24,786 nucleotides of DNA from Deltaproteobacteria bacterium TL4 (GTDB lineage: Bacteria > SAR324 > NAC60-12): positions 1 to 24,786 of the forward strand of contig JBBCAX010000192.1 of assembly GCA_051382335.1 (NCBI GenBank). The letters run 5' to 3'. The notes under the pieces were generated by a model, which saw only the letters and a program-made list of their open reading frames with translations, had not been told where the DNA came from and did not search any database. Position numbers and translations under genes: made by a program. Positions 9,463-19,047 of this stretch are shown here, in pieces (position 1 is the first letter of the stretch; each line of letters begins with the position of its first letter).

Positions 9463-10239
9463 TTATTTCTTGGAAGATATCTTGGCGTTTTCCAATTTTT
9501 CCTCAGCCAAAGACTTGATTAGTCCTTCATTACGAATGATTTTGGAGTTGATTTTCATGATTTCAGAATTTTTATCGATAAAAGATTTAATGACTTCAGA
9601 CCGGTAGAACTCTCCTGTTTTTAAAGGCAAGGCCTCAACAATTTTTTCAAACACCTGGAAATCTTCAGGTTCATCAATGGTAAACCGATAGTGACTATCA
9701 TCCGTTGGATTATGAAAAGTGATCTTTTTAAATAATTCAGGATGATTATGGAGAAACAAGGTGACGTGTTCCCTTTCATGCTTCAGACGTGCTGTCTGAT
9801 AAGCGGTTTCCAAGGCCTTGAACGTGAATATTTCGCAATCCAGTCCCTCGGCTACCGTTTCCCCGGTATGTACAAAATCAATGGACTCATTCATGTATTT
9901 TTGGATGACCTGTTCACAAATTCTGGGATCAAGCAGGGGACAATCCGAAGTGATTCTAACAACGTGTTGAATTCCAAACTGACAGGCCGCCTGGTAATAC
10001 CGTTCCAGAACATCCTGCTCTGAACCACGAAAACAGGGGATTTGGTGAGTTTTAGCATATTCAACCAGAGGGTCATCCGCCGGATTTGTAGTTGTGGCTA
10101 GGACTTTGATATTGAGAGACGGAACATGGTTTAGCTGTTGAAACAAATAATCAATAACAGGTCTCCCCAATACAGTCTTCAGTACTTTTCCCGGCAATCG
10201 GGTAGAGGTCATCCTTGCTTGTATAATGGCACCAATCAT
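9463..10239 (-). CDS. pseF: Acylneuraminate/pseudaminate cytidylyltransferase (PseF/SpsF-type)
   Basis: 'AIIQARMTSTRLPGKVL', 'FRGSEQDVLERY', 'VRITSDCPLLDP', 'EREHVT' and 'RFTIDEPED'. ATG 10239 follows an AAGGA RBS. The sequence looks more SpsF-like than canonical PseF, so the symbol is functional. Confidence 0.85.
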   Translation of the reverse strand: MIGAIIQARMTSTRLPGKVLKTVLGRPVIDYLFQQLNHVPSLNIKVLATTTNPADDPLVEYAKTHQIPCFRGSEQDVLERYYQAACQFGIQHVVRITSDCPLLDPRICEQVIQKYMNESIDFVHTGETVAEGLDCEIFTFKALETAYQTARLKHEREHVTLFLHNHPELFKKITFHNPTDDSHYRFTIDEPEDFQVFEKIVEALPLKTGEFYRSEVIKSFIDKNSEIMKINSKIIRNEGLIKSLAEEKLENAKISSKK

Positions 10240-10248
10240 AGACAATCC

Positions 10249-11301
10249 TTATTCAATTATTTCCCAGGTCAACCGCTCACCTTTTTTCAAATCCTTTTTG
10301 GCATGGCGACCCAGTATCGATTCATAATGTTTGGGGTGAAGTCCGAACGCCGGACGAACAGATTTGATATTATTGACAGTAAAAGATTCCCCCTGGCGTA
10401 TATCCTTTGAAATATAAAGAGAACGTCTGCCTCTCAGATTCTTCCGGGCAGAAGCCGTCAGCTCATAGCATACAGTTCCCAACGCTTTTTCCACTTTACG
10501 GATTTCCTCAACCATTTGTTTGAATTCGCCCGGTTCCAAAGAGAAAAAAGAATCAACACCACACTCACTTCGATCCAGAACCAGGTGTTTTTCAATTAGT
10601 TTTGCTCCACAGGCAACTGCCGCGACAGGAATACCAATGCCCGTTGTATGGTCTGAGAGCCCTGTGACACATTCAAACGTTTCAGCCATGTGGGGGATAG
10701 TGCGTAAATTGATCTCTTCAGGTGGAGCTGGATAGGCGGTCGTACATTTCAAGAGGATAATCTGATCACAGCCATTTTCGCGTAAGGTTTTGACCGCCAG
10801 ATATAAATCTTCCAAGGTCGCTACTCCGTTGGATACAATAACCGGTTTCCCCGTATTGGCTACACGTTTTAGCAGAGGAATATCCGTAATTTCCGGAGAG
10901 GCGATTTTATATGCTGGAATTTGCAAAGACTCCAGAAAATCAACGGCAGTCAGATCGAAAGGTGACGAGAAAATATCAATTTCCAGACGATTTGCTTCCT
11001 GAATCAGTTCTTCATGCCATTCCCAAGGGGTGTAAGCCAACTCATAGAGGGAGAACATCGTTTTATGCTGCTCCCAGGGATTATCTTTGGGAATTAGAAA
11101 ATCTTCATTACCACAATCCAGGGTTATGGTATCCGCTCGATAAGTTTGTAATTTCACAGCATCGGCTCCAGCATCTTTTGCCGCATGGATGATTTGTTTG
11201 GCTTTACGAATATCCCCATCATGGTTGCCAGACATTTCCGCAACAATATAGCAGGGCTGCTCATGGCCAATAGAATGGTTACCAATCTGGATCTTTTTCA
11301 T
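10249..11301 (-). CDS. pseI: Pseudaminic acid synthase (NeuB family) with C-terminal SAF domain
   Basis: 'IVAEMSGNHDG', 'ADAVKLQTYRADTIT', 'AYTPWEWH', 'FSSPFD', 'YKIASPEITDIPL', 'GLSDHT', 'IEKH' and 'RRSLY'. Confidence 0.93.
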   Translation of the reverse strand: MKKIQIGNHSIGHEQPCYIVAEMSGNHDGDIRKAKQIIHAAKDAGADAVKLQTYRADTITLDCGNEDFLIPKDNPWEQHKTMFSLYELAYTPWEWHEELIQEANRLEIDIFSSPFDLTAVDFLESLQIPAYKIASPEITDIPLLKRVANTGKPVIVSNGVATLEDLYLAVKTLRENGCDQIILLKCTTAYPAPPEEINLRTIPHMAETFECVTGLSDHTTGIGIPVAAVACGAKLIEKHLVLDRSECGVDSFFSLEPGEFKQMVEEIRKVEKALGTVCYELTASARKNLRGRRSLYISKDIRQGESFTVNNIKSVRPAFGLHPKHYESILGRHAKKDLKKGERLTWEIIE

Positions 11302-11311
11302 GAAGAAGCTC

Positions 11312-12634
11312 TTAATTCAGTCGTTGAAATCCACTGCCTGCTGGCCCACCTTTCATACGTTGTTTCAAAGTGCCCTGTTTATTGGCTAAGGCAATTTCCC
11401 CAAAGGCAGAATCAACGGCGTTAAGGTATTTCTCGACATGAGAATGTTGGTGCGCATACATCGCATAAAACAAATTAGACGCCAAAAAGCCTTGTTCCAG
11501 CATCAATTGTATAAAGTAGGCTTTAATGGATAAAAAATCCTTAGCTTTTATTCCAAAATGCCCTAAGGGCGCAACCCCCCCTACCTCTATTTCCAACCCA
11601 TGTTTTTTGCCCAGTCGCAACCAGCCTTGCTGGACTTCTTCCCCGATAGCGCCAATATGATTTTCTACCCGGTTTGCGACATATTTTTTGACGCAAGCCA
11701 GAGCGGCGGTGGATCCAACTCGTTCTGTCCACATCGTACTGCTAATAAAACTTTCCTGTGCGGCATCCATCCATCTGGATTTTCCTATAATTGTGGCAAT
11801 AGGATAGCCATTCCCCAACGCTTTGGAAAAAACAGCCATATCCGGGGAAATGCCAAAGGTCAAATGAGCCCCTCCAGGATTGAGTCTGAATCCCAGGGAG
11901 ACTTCGTCAATAATCAAGGGCACCTGAATTTCTTTGGCAATGGCTTGGACACCTTCCCAAAATCCGGGAAGAGGCTGTTGATTACGAATAGGCTCCATCA
12001 CAATGGCGGCCATTTCACCACGATTGGCAGAAACAATTTGCTTCAACTCCTCCAGTTGATTATATCGAAAAGGAAAGGCCGTATTCACCAAACCTTTTGG
12101 AACCCCCGCAGGGTTCAGTCCAGGAATCAGATGATCTCCCAACGCATTTTTAGAACCCAAGTTCGCGGCAAGATACCAATCCTGCCAGCCATGATAACCA
12201 CAAAAGGCTACTTTATCTTTACCGGTAGCCGCACGAGCAATACGCACCGCAATAGCCATCGCTTCACCTCCACACCTTGCAAACCGGACCATCTCCGCCC
12301 AAGGGTGAAGTTCACACATCAAATCGGCCAGTTCCACTTCTTCCCATGAGTTGAGGGAACAACTGCTCCCATTATCAATGGCTTGTTTGACAGCGCCATC
12401 TACATCGGGATCCGCATAGCCCAAAATATTGGCACCAATCCCGGAAATGCTCATATCAATGTAGCGATTACCATCCAAATCCCAGACTTCAACTCCTTTG
12501 GCCTTTTGGTAATACCCCGGCCAAACCCCTGGAGCAAACATATCGGGGCGTTTGGAAAGCAACTGTGTCATTCCGGGAATGCGTTTTTTTGAATGTTCCT
12601 GAGTTTGTAAACACTTTTGAATATTCAGGCTCAT
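11312..12634 (-). CDS. Class III aminotransferase (glutamate-1-semialdehyde aminomutase-like)
   Basis: 'KAKGVEVWDLDGNRYID', 'RFARCGGEAM', 'FCGYHGWQDW', 'LIIDEVSLGFR' and 'PDMAVFSKALGNG'. Start 12634 forms an ATGA overlap with the upstream stop codon. Confidence 0.9.
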   Translation of the reverse strand: MSLNIQKCLQTQEHSKKRIPGMTQLLSKRPDMFAPGVWPGYYQKAKGVEVWDLDGNRYIDMSISGIGANILGYADPDVDGAVKQAIDNGSSCSLNSWEEVELADLMCELHPWAEMVRFARCGGEAMAIAVRIARAATGKDKVAFCGYHGWQDWYLAANLGSKNALGDHLIPGLNPAGVPKGLVNTAFPFRYNQLEELKQIVSANRGEMAAIVMEPIRNQQPLPGFWEGVQAIAKEIQVPLIIDEVSLGFRLNPGGAHLTFGISPDMAVFSKALGNGYPIATIIGKSRWMDAAQESFISSTMWTERVGSTAALACVKKYVANRVENHIGAIGEEVQQGWLRLGKKHGLEIEVGGVAPLGHFGIKAKDFLSIKAYFIQLMLEQGFLASNLFYAMYAHQHSHVEKYLNAVDSAFGEIALANKQGTLKQRMKGGPAGSGFQRLN

Positions 12635-13524
12635 GATCCAATTCTCCATTGTGAGGGATTAACGAACTGAGGGTCGGTTAAAGCAAATGCTTGCCATGGG
12701 ATAGAAGAAAGATCAGGAGTTGGCAACAATAACCCCTGAAGTTGTTGTAAATTCACAACTCCACAAATCAGGGAATCAACCTCTGATAGATTGGAGACAA
12801 ACCCTAACGCTGCTTGTAGGGGCGAGACTCCTCGTTCTTTCAAGAACAAGTGATATTGCTCAATATGGGGTAACACAGGATTAAACCAGGAAGGGATTTC
12901 TTGAGGATTCATCAGAAGCAACCCTTGAAGAAAAACACTTCGCACATGAATTTCTACCCCTCTTTTTTTCAGAGCGTTCAAATGACCGCTCTTTAATAAT
13001 CGCTGATCAAAAACATTGAGGGGCAGTTGAATCAACTCAATATCCCAATTTTTCAAGACCCAATCAATTTGATCAGCAGTATAAACGGACACTCCAATTT
13101 TCTGAATGGCTCCTTGGGTTTGACACTCCTGCAAGGCGGCCCAAATCAACGCCCCTCCAGGTTTTAATAAATCTTCCACATGATGAATCAGCACACCATA
13201 CACGGAAGTCATTTTTAATTTTCTTAGCGATTCTTCCAGCGTCAGCGTTACCAGTTGTTGTTGCTCAGGGGTGATCGCCTGATGCTTGGAAAATGTAGGA
13301 GTTTTGGTGACCACTTTGAAAGAATGGTCGATGGGCAACGACTCACCAAGTCGTGCTTCGCTATCCCCATAACTAGGGGCAGTATCGAGATAGCAAACCC
13401 CTGCTTCTCTCGCCCACGATAGCATCTTTTGAATCTCCTCTATCGCGGGACGTCCCAGTCGATTGGAAATCCCATAATCCACACCAAACTGAACGGTGCC
13501 AATGCCTATTTTATGATTCGCCAT
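12631..13524 (-). CDS. Aldo/keto reductase
   Basis: 'IGIGTVQFG', 'LDTAPSYGDSE', 'VVTK', 'KIGVSVY', 'IQLPLNVFDQR' and 'HVRSVFLQGLL'. ATG 13524 chosen as start. Confidence 0.92.
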   Translation of the reverse strand: MANHKIGIGTVQFGVDYGISNRLGRPAIEEIQKMLSWAREAGVCYLDTAPSYGDSEARLGESLPIDHSFKVVTKTPTFSKHQAITPEQQQLVTLTLEESLRKLKMTSVYGVLIHHVEDLLKPGGALIWAALQECQTQGAIQKIGVSVYTADQIDWVLKNWDIELIQLPLNVFDQRLLKSGHLNALKKRGVEIHVRSVFLQGLLLMNPQEIPSWFNPVLPHIEQYHLFLKERGVSPLQAALGFVSNLSEVDSLICGVVNLQQLQGLLLPTPDLSSIPWQAFALTDPQFVNPSQWRIGS

Positions 13525-13561
13525 AAAATCCACTCATTATCGAGTAAGTCGTTCCACTTTC

Positions 13562-14719
13562 CTATTTCGATTGATCACGTTTTACTGTGAGCGTAATGTT
13601 CAGATAGTCGGGTCTACATTCAAATACAGGGCTAGGAATTCCCTGTTCCTGAGAATATTTCAAGATCCGTTGCAACCCTCGTCCAGCTTTTTCCGACAAT
13701 CGATAATCTTTAAACATTTGCGCCACATTGGGATTGCGATAATACGAAACACCAGACAATGCGCTCTCCAAAGTTAAGGTGTTTGGTAAGCCTCCTGGTG
13801 AGAAAATTTCCAATCGATCATCAAACATGGAAAGTCGAATCATTTGTCCAAAAATAGACCAGTCTCTATGACAAAACGCATTCACAATGAGTTCACGGAT
13901 GGCAAAAGGCTCATAATCATAGACATCCTTCCGCTCAGGCCGAGTGTCAAAAACCCCTCTAATATGCGAATTGTTTTCCACAAACTTGATGGCTGTCGCA
14001 ATGGTTTCAGGCAACACCTGGTTGACCTCTTTGTGATCCAAAATTTCACCCGTTTTATCCAACCCCTGGAACCGAAATAATTGAATACCACATTGAGGAA
14101 GATATTTCTGAGGCGTCCGACAAAAAAATAACGCGCCCACTACCGTCCATTGTTTTTTAGGATCTGCCAACTGCCAATTGACAGCCTCCTGCTCCCAGGA
14201 GGAGACATCGAATTCAATCAGGCGATAGTGCTCGCAATAGTCTCGAAAGCGTACCAGATCCATGTCTTCCAATGTTGTTCCTGGAAGGGAAGAAACTTCG
14301 TAATGAAAAATTGACCCTGCCTGAAAAAGACGAATCAATTCTTGAGTACTGGGTTCAATAGAAACCGATCCGGCTCGAATATAAAAACGATTCAGACTTT
14401 TGACTTTATAGGGTTTGCTGTCGCCTTTGGGAATGATCACTTCAAAAATTTTTTTCCCCTGAAGAAGGTGACTGTGAATTTCAGGAATTATCGAGGGCTC
14501 GATGTGATTTCTACAAATATTCACAATTTTTTCTTCTTGTTTCGGCTCAGTAATCCCTGTGATCCCCCCATCATCTTCTACACCAATCAGGATGATTCCA
14601 CCGGACATATTTAAAAACGCGACAACTTCTTTGGCCAGACTTTCATTGCGAAAATTTGCGCTTTTGAACTCGGTCACACTGTCTTCCCCTGACAATATCC
14701 TCTGAGTTATCTCTGACAT
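13562..14719 (-). CDS. AlbA_2 (Schlafen-like) N-terminal domain plus HATPase_c_4 domain protein (often annotated as RecG-like helicase or regulator)
   Basis: N-terminal 'GEDSVTEFKS...EVVAFLNMSGGIILIGVEDDG...FYIRAGS'. C-terminal 'AIRELIVNAFCHRDW', 'DRLEIFSPGGLP', 'RNPNVA' and 'EKAGRGL'. Confidence 0.88.
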   Translation of the reverse strand: MSEITQRILSGEDSVTEFKSANFRNESLAKEVVAFLNMSGGIILIGVEDDGGITGITEPKQEEKIVNICRNHIEPSIIPEIHSHLLQGKKIFEVIIPKGDSKPYKVKSLNRFYIRAGSVSIEPSTQELIRLFQAGSIFHYEVSSLPGTTLEDMDLVRFRDYCEHYRLIEFDVSSWEQEAVNWQLADPKKQWTVVGALFFCRTPQKYLPQCGIQLFRFQGLDKTGEILDHKEVNQVLPETIATAIKFVENNSHIRGVFDTRPERKDVYDYEPFAIRELIVNAFCHRDWSIFGQMIRLSMFDDRLEIFSPGGLPNTLTLESALSGVSYYRNPNVAQMFKDYRLSEKAGRGLQRILKYSQEQGIPSPVFECRPDYLNITLTVKRDQSK

Positions 14720-14722
14720 GAG

Positions 14723-16858
14723 CTATTCACATGACATTGAATTGCATGAAACATCACAAGTTACCCTGGTCAATTGGTTGATGGTGTTGATTACCTTGGT
14801 GACTTCGAGCTCTGTCATCGACTGGAAAAGGGGAAGAGAAACGCATCGTTGATAATACGCTTCCGCATTAGGAAACTGCCCCCAATCATATCCAAACTTA
14901 TTTTTATAGAAAGGCTGAGTATGAACAGGAATATAATGCACTTGAGCATAGATTCCCTCCTGCATCAGTTTTTCCATAAACTGTTTGCGGGAAAGACCAA
15001 TTTTGTCAAAAGCGACCAAGAGAATATACAGATGAAAATTGCTGGAACCTGGATCCTGTTCAAAAGGAACCTGAACATAAGGATTGGAGCCAAAAGCACG
15101 GTTGTATTGTTTTACGATTTCTTTCCGCCGCTGCATGAACATTGGCAATTTTTGCATTTGAGACAATCCCAAACCACACTGAATATCTGTGATCCGATAG
15201 TTATATCCCAATTCAATTTGCTCATAGTACCAACTACCAACTTCCGCGGTATTCCCTTCTTGTGGACGTGTGATGCCATGGGTTCTAAAGAGCCTGAGTC
15301 TGTGACACAAAGAGTCGTTATTGGTCAACACAGCTCCCCCTTCTCCTGAGGTAATATGCTTGACTGGGTGAAAACTCATTACAGCCATATCTGAGAATGA
15401 ACATTGCCCCACTTGTGTTTGCTGATAACGAGATCCCAGCGCATGACAGGCATCTTCAATAATAAAAATTTTCTGTCCAAACCTCTGTTCCGCTGAAGTC
15501 ACGATATGGTGAATCTTCGCCATGTCACAGCTTTGCCCCGCAAAATGAACGGGAATGATCGCTTTGGTGCGGGCAGTGATTTTTTTTTCAACCTCTTCCG
15601 GTGACACGTTATAAGTTTGAGTGTCAATATCCGCAAAAACCGGAGTAGCACCACAATAGGCCGCACAATTTGCGGAGGCCACAAATGTCATTGGTGAGGT
15701 TATTACTTCATCGCCAGGCTGAAGCTTGATCGCAAGGCAGGCCAGATGAAGTGCGGCAGTCCCTGAGTTAACAGCAACTGTATGTTTTACGTTACAATAC
15801 CGGGACAACTCGGCTTCAAAGGCATCAACCGCAGGCCCTTGTGTCAATCGGTCTGAGCGCAAAATATCCACCACGGCCTGGACATCATTTTCGTCAATCG
15901 ACTGTCGTCCATATGGAATTATTGAACGAGTCGATACTGTTTTTGGAGTGTTTTTTTTGAGGTTTTCTGGCAACTTGCTGCAAGCATCGCGGTAAAATTG
16001 TTCCACCGATTGCTCAATGGTAGGTAATCTATAATTCAAAGCCCTTTGCAGCTTCTGCGTATCCAGTGATAAATTTTTTCCTCGTAAAGCTTTAAATGAA
16101 AACTGATCCACACTAATCGGATTAATTAAATGCCGGTCCAAACCAAACCAGTTCGCAATTTTAACAGCAAATTCATATTTGGTACAGGAATCAGAGCTTC
16201 CACAATTATAAACACCACTCAAGTTTTGATTCAGGGCAATATCAATCAATCTTGCTAACTCAAACGTGTAAATGGTAGAAAAACAAGCATCCTTAAATCC
16301 ATTGAGTTGTTGACCTTGACGCAAGGTATCCAACAACCATTCTCCCAAACTTTGCTTATTTTGAACATTCCACCCGAATATATTAGTTCTTAGTACCAGT
16401 GACTGTTTTGCTTTTAGCGTTTCGCCTTCGCCTTCCCATTTGGTCTGTCCATACTGATTGAGAGGATGTGGGGAATCATTTTCAGAAAACGCCCCCTTTT
16501 GACCATCATAGACCGCATCAGTTGAAATATAAACCAGGCGAATTTCTTTTTCCCGTATCCCAGCAACAACATTCTGAGTGGTAACAACATTGAGTTCTTT
16601 TGCCAACTGAGCGTCTTGCTCACATTTATCGATATTAGCCAGTGAAGCACAGTGAATGATGATGGATGGCGCCAGGTTTGAAATTATTGCTGAAGTAGCC
16701 TCAGCATCCCTTAAGTCGCAATACCATGTGCTGACGCCTTCAATGTCAACCGGATGAGACTGATAAATCCCATCCACAAAACACTTGTTTCTGAAATAAT
16801 AGGCCAAATTATTCCCAAGCAACCCGCTGACACCTGTAATCAAAATTCTCGGTTTCAT
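14723..16858 (-). CDS. pseC: Fusion of an RmlD-like NAD(P)-dependent NDP-4-keto-sugar reductase with a PseC-type DegT/DnrJ aminotransferase
   Basis: N-terminal half: 'ILITGVSGLLG', 'YISTDAVYDG', 'PLNQYGQTK'. C-terminal half: 'IPYGRQSID...LTQGP', 'IIPVHFAG', 'IIEDACHALG', 'SFHPVKHITSGEGG', 'LGYNYRITDIQ', 'QVHYIPVH'. ATG 16858 preferred as start. Confidence 0.9.
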   Translation of the reverse strand: MKPRILITGVSGLLGNNLAYYFRNKCFVDGIYQSHPVDIEGVSTWYCDLRDAEATSAIISNLAPSIIIHCASLANIDKCEQDAQLAKELNVVTTQNVVAGIREKEIRLVYISTDAVYDGQKGAFSENDSPHPLNQYGQTKWEGEGETLKAKQSLVLRTNIFGWNVQNKQSLGEWLLDTLRQGQQLNGFKDACFSTIYTFELARLIDIALNQNLSGVYNCGSSDSCTKYEFAVKIANWFGLDRHLINPISVDQFSFKALRGKNLSLDTQKLQRALNYRLPTIEQSVEQFYRDACSKLPENLKKNTPKTVSTRSIIPYGRQSIDENDVQAVVDILRSDRLTQGPAVDAFEAELSRYCNVKHTVAVNSGTAALHLACLAIKLQPGDEVITSPMTFVASANCAAYCGATPVFADIDTQTYNVSPEEVEKKITARTKAIIPVHFAGQSCDMAKIHHIVTSAEQRFGQKIFIIEDACHALGSRYQQTQVGQCSFSDMAVMSFHPVKHITSGEGGAVLTNNDSLCHRLRLFRTHGITRPQEGNTAEVGSWYYEQIELGYNYRITDIQCGLGLSQMQKLPMFMQRRKEIVKQYNRAFGSNPYVQVPFEQDPGSSNFHLYILLVAFDKIGLSRKQFMEKLMQEGIYAQVHYIPVHTQPFYKNKFGYDWGQFPNAEAYYQRCVSLPLFQSMTELEVTKVINTINQLTRVTCDVSCNSMSCE

Positions 16859-16878
16859 ATGGAAGTTCTCTTCACACC

Positions 16879-17922
16879 TTATTGTGGAACATCTGTCATT
16901 GACCACCGACTTCTTTCAATATCAAAATCATCTTCAATTGTTTTCAATATGTTCTTTAATTCTTCAGTTGAGATCTGATGAGGATTATCCCCTGAGGTGT
17001 AATGAAATCCCTCAGGGCAGGGCTTTCCCCCCTCACCCATACCATGTGAGGACTCCCCTGCTCCTATTTTGGATAAAACAACATAGCATTCATTATATTC
17101 AATCGTATTTCTGCCTTCATCCTCACCAATTAATGCCTCATGAATTTTTTCACCAGGACGAATACCCACCGTTTCCAGCCTACATTCAGGAGCAATTGCC
17201 TGAGCCAACTCTGTTATTTTGGTGGACGGGATTTTGGGTACAAAAATTTCGCCCCCCTGCGCTAACTCCAAGACTCGAAGCACAAAATGCGCGCCCTGAT
17301 CCAGGGTAATCCAAAATCGAGTCATCCGTGGATCCGTAATCGGTAACACTCCCGTTTTTGCTCTTTCTTTGAAAAAAGGAACAACCGATCCCCGGCTTCC
17401 GACCACATTCCCATATCGTACTACTGAAAATTTGGTCAGAGGCTTTTCCCTTCCCCGGTATACATTCGCCGCAGTAAAGAGTTTGTCGGAACACAATTTA
17501 GTGGCACCATACAGATTGATCGGATTACAGGCCTTGTCCGTAGAAAGCGCTACCACCTTTGTCACATCATTACACAGCGCGGCATCAATCACGTTCATTG
17601 CTCCAAGGACATTGGTTTTGATGCATTCCTCTGGATTGTATTCCGCGGCGGGAACCTGCTTTAACGCTGCGGCATGAATGACATAATCAACATCGTGAAA
17701 CGCACGCTTCAATCGATCTGAATCTCTGACATCACCTAGAAAATAACGCAGACAGGGGTATTTACTGGTGCTCCATCTCTGTGCCATTTCAAATTGTTTG
17801 AGTTCATCTCTACTGAAAATGATGAGCTTTTTAGGTTTATAGTTATCTAAAATGATCTGGACCATTTTTTTACCAAATGACCCCGTACCACCGGTTATCA
17901 GGATAGTTTTATCATTGAGCAT
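16879..17922 (-). CDS. pseB: UDP-N-acetylglucosamine 4,6-dehydratase (inverting)
   Basis: 'ILITGGTGSFG', 'FSRDELKQ', 'HAAALKQVPAAEYNP', 'LSTDKACNPINLYGATKL', 'VRYGNVVGSRGSV', 'MTRFWI' and 'GIRPGEKIHE'. Confidence 0.95.
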   Translation of the reverse strand: MLNDKTILITGGTGSFGKKMVQIILDNYKPKKLIIFSRDELKQFEMAQRWSTSKYPCLRYFLGDVRDSDRLKRAFHDVDYVIHAAALKQVPAAEYNPEECIKTNVLGAMNVIDAALCNDVTKVVALSTDKACNPINLYGATKLCSDKLFTAANVYRGREKPLTKFSVVRYGNVVGSRGSVVPFFKERAKTGVLPITDPRMTRFWITLDQGAHFVLRVLELAQGGEIFVPKIPSTKITELAQAIAPECRLETVGIRPGEKIHEALIGEDEGRNTIEYNECYVVLSKIGAGESSHGMGEGGKPCPEGFHYTSGDNPHQISTEELKNILKTIEDDFDIERSRWSMTDVPQ

Positions 17923-18051
17923 ATCACCTTCTTGTTGGTAGTGTTTTGGAATTGCTGTTCACTTCGAACATAAGATCGTTCGAATCAAAATCAAATCTAT
18001 GGCAGTCGTCTATCAAAGGGAACGCTTTGAAACTACAGTGCTATTGCCGGA

Positions 18052-19041
18052 TTAATTGTTAGACTCGTTGTTCTTCTTAAAATAAGTTAAATCCTCTCGA
18101 ACCATGCTTCGAACTAACTCATTGAATTCTAACTCGGATTTCCACCCTAAAATGGTGTTTGCCTTTTTTGGGTCCGCAATTAAAATATCTACTTCTGACG
18201 GACGATAAAACCGTGGATCAATCACCAGATATTTCTTATAATCAAGGCTTACTTCATCAAACGCAATTTGAAGAAAATCTTTCACCGTATGAGTTTTTCC
18301 TGTTCCTATAACGTAATCTTGAGGAGTTTTCTGATTCAGCATCAGATGCATGGCCTTGACGTAGTCTCCCGCAAAGCCCCAATCTCGTTTTGCTTCTATA
18401 TTGCCTAGTCGTACTTCTTTGGCGAGTCCCAATTTGATTTTAACTGCGGCTGTTGATATTTTTCGAGTCACAAATTCAAATCCCCGCCGGGGAGACTCAT
18501 GATTAAACAGAATCCCGGTGCAAGCATACATATTGTAGGCCTCACGATAATTTCGCGTCAATTCGAAACCTGCAACTTTAGAAATGCCATAAACTGACCG
18601 TGGGTGAAATCGAGTGGTTTCCGATTGAGGCAACTCCTCCACTTTACCAAACATTTCGGAAGAACCCGCAAAATAAAATCGACAGTCAGGACAAACTTCG
18701 TGCAATGCTGCGAGCACGTAATGAGTTCCGTTTACATTTGCATTCATCGTCGAAAACTCATCTTCAAACGAGTAAGAGACAAAACTTTGGGCGGCTAGAT
18801 GATAACATTCCTCCGGATTAATTTGTCGGAAAACTTTAAAAAGACTGGGAAAACTTTCTAATGAGCCGGAATGGAGCGTGATCTTTTCTAAAAGATGATT
18901 GATACGCCATAAACGATGACCCGGATCTTCTAACGCTACGCGCCGAATGATACCATGAACTTCATAACCCAAACCCAATAGATATTCCGCCAGATAACTG
19001 CCGTCTTGACCGGTTATTCCTGTAATTAATGCTCGTTTCAT
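18052..19041 (-). CDS. gmd: GDP-mannose 4,6-dehydratase
   Basis: 'ALITGITGQDGSYLAE', 'HLAAQSFV', 'SSEMFG', 'GILFNHESPRRG', 'FVTRKI' and 'KRDWG'. Confidence 0.95.
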   Translation of the reverse strand: MKRALITGITGQDGSYLAEYLLGLGYEVHGIIRRVALEDPGHRLWRINHLLEKITLHSGSLESFPSLFKVFRQINPEECYHLAAQSFVSYSFEDEFSTMNANVNGTHYVLAALHEVCPDCRFYFAGSSEMFGKVEELPQSETTRFHPRSVYGISKVAGFELTRNYREAYNMYACTGILFNHESPRRGFEFVTRKISTAAVKIKLGLAKEVRLGNIEAKRDWGFAGDYVKAMHLMLNQKTPQDYVIGTGKTHTVKDFLQIAFDEVSLDYKKYLVIDPRFYRPSEVDILIADPKKANTILGWKSELEFNELVRSMVREDLTYFKKNNESNN

Positions 19042-19047
19042 TAGGTA

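Noticed and set aside
11600..12349. 249-aa plus-strand ORF (and similar ones such as 14774-15349 and 16884-17309)
   Set aside because: They lie antisense to clearly recognisable enzymes and have no motifs of their own.
11312..12634. Annotation as hemL (tetrapyrrole synthesis)
   Set aside because: The fold is shared, but the gene is coupled to sugar-pathway genes and no hem genes are nearby.
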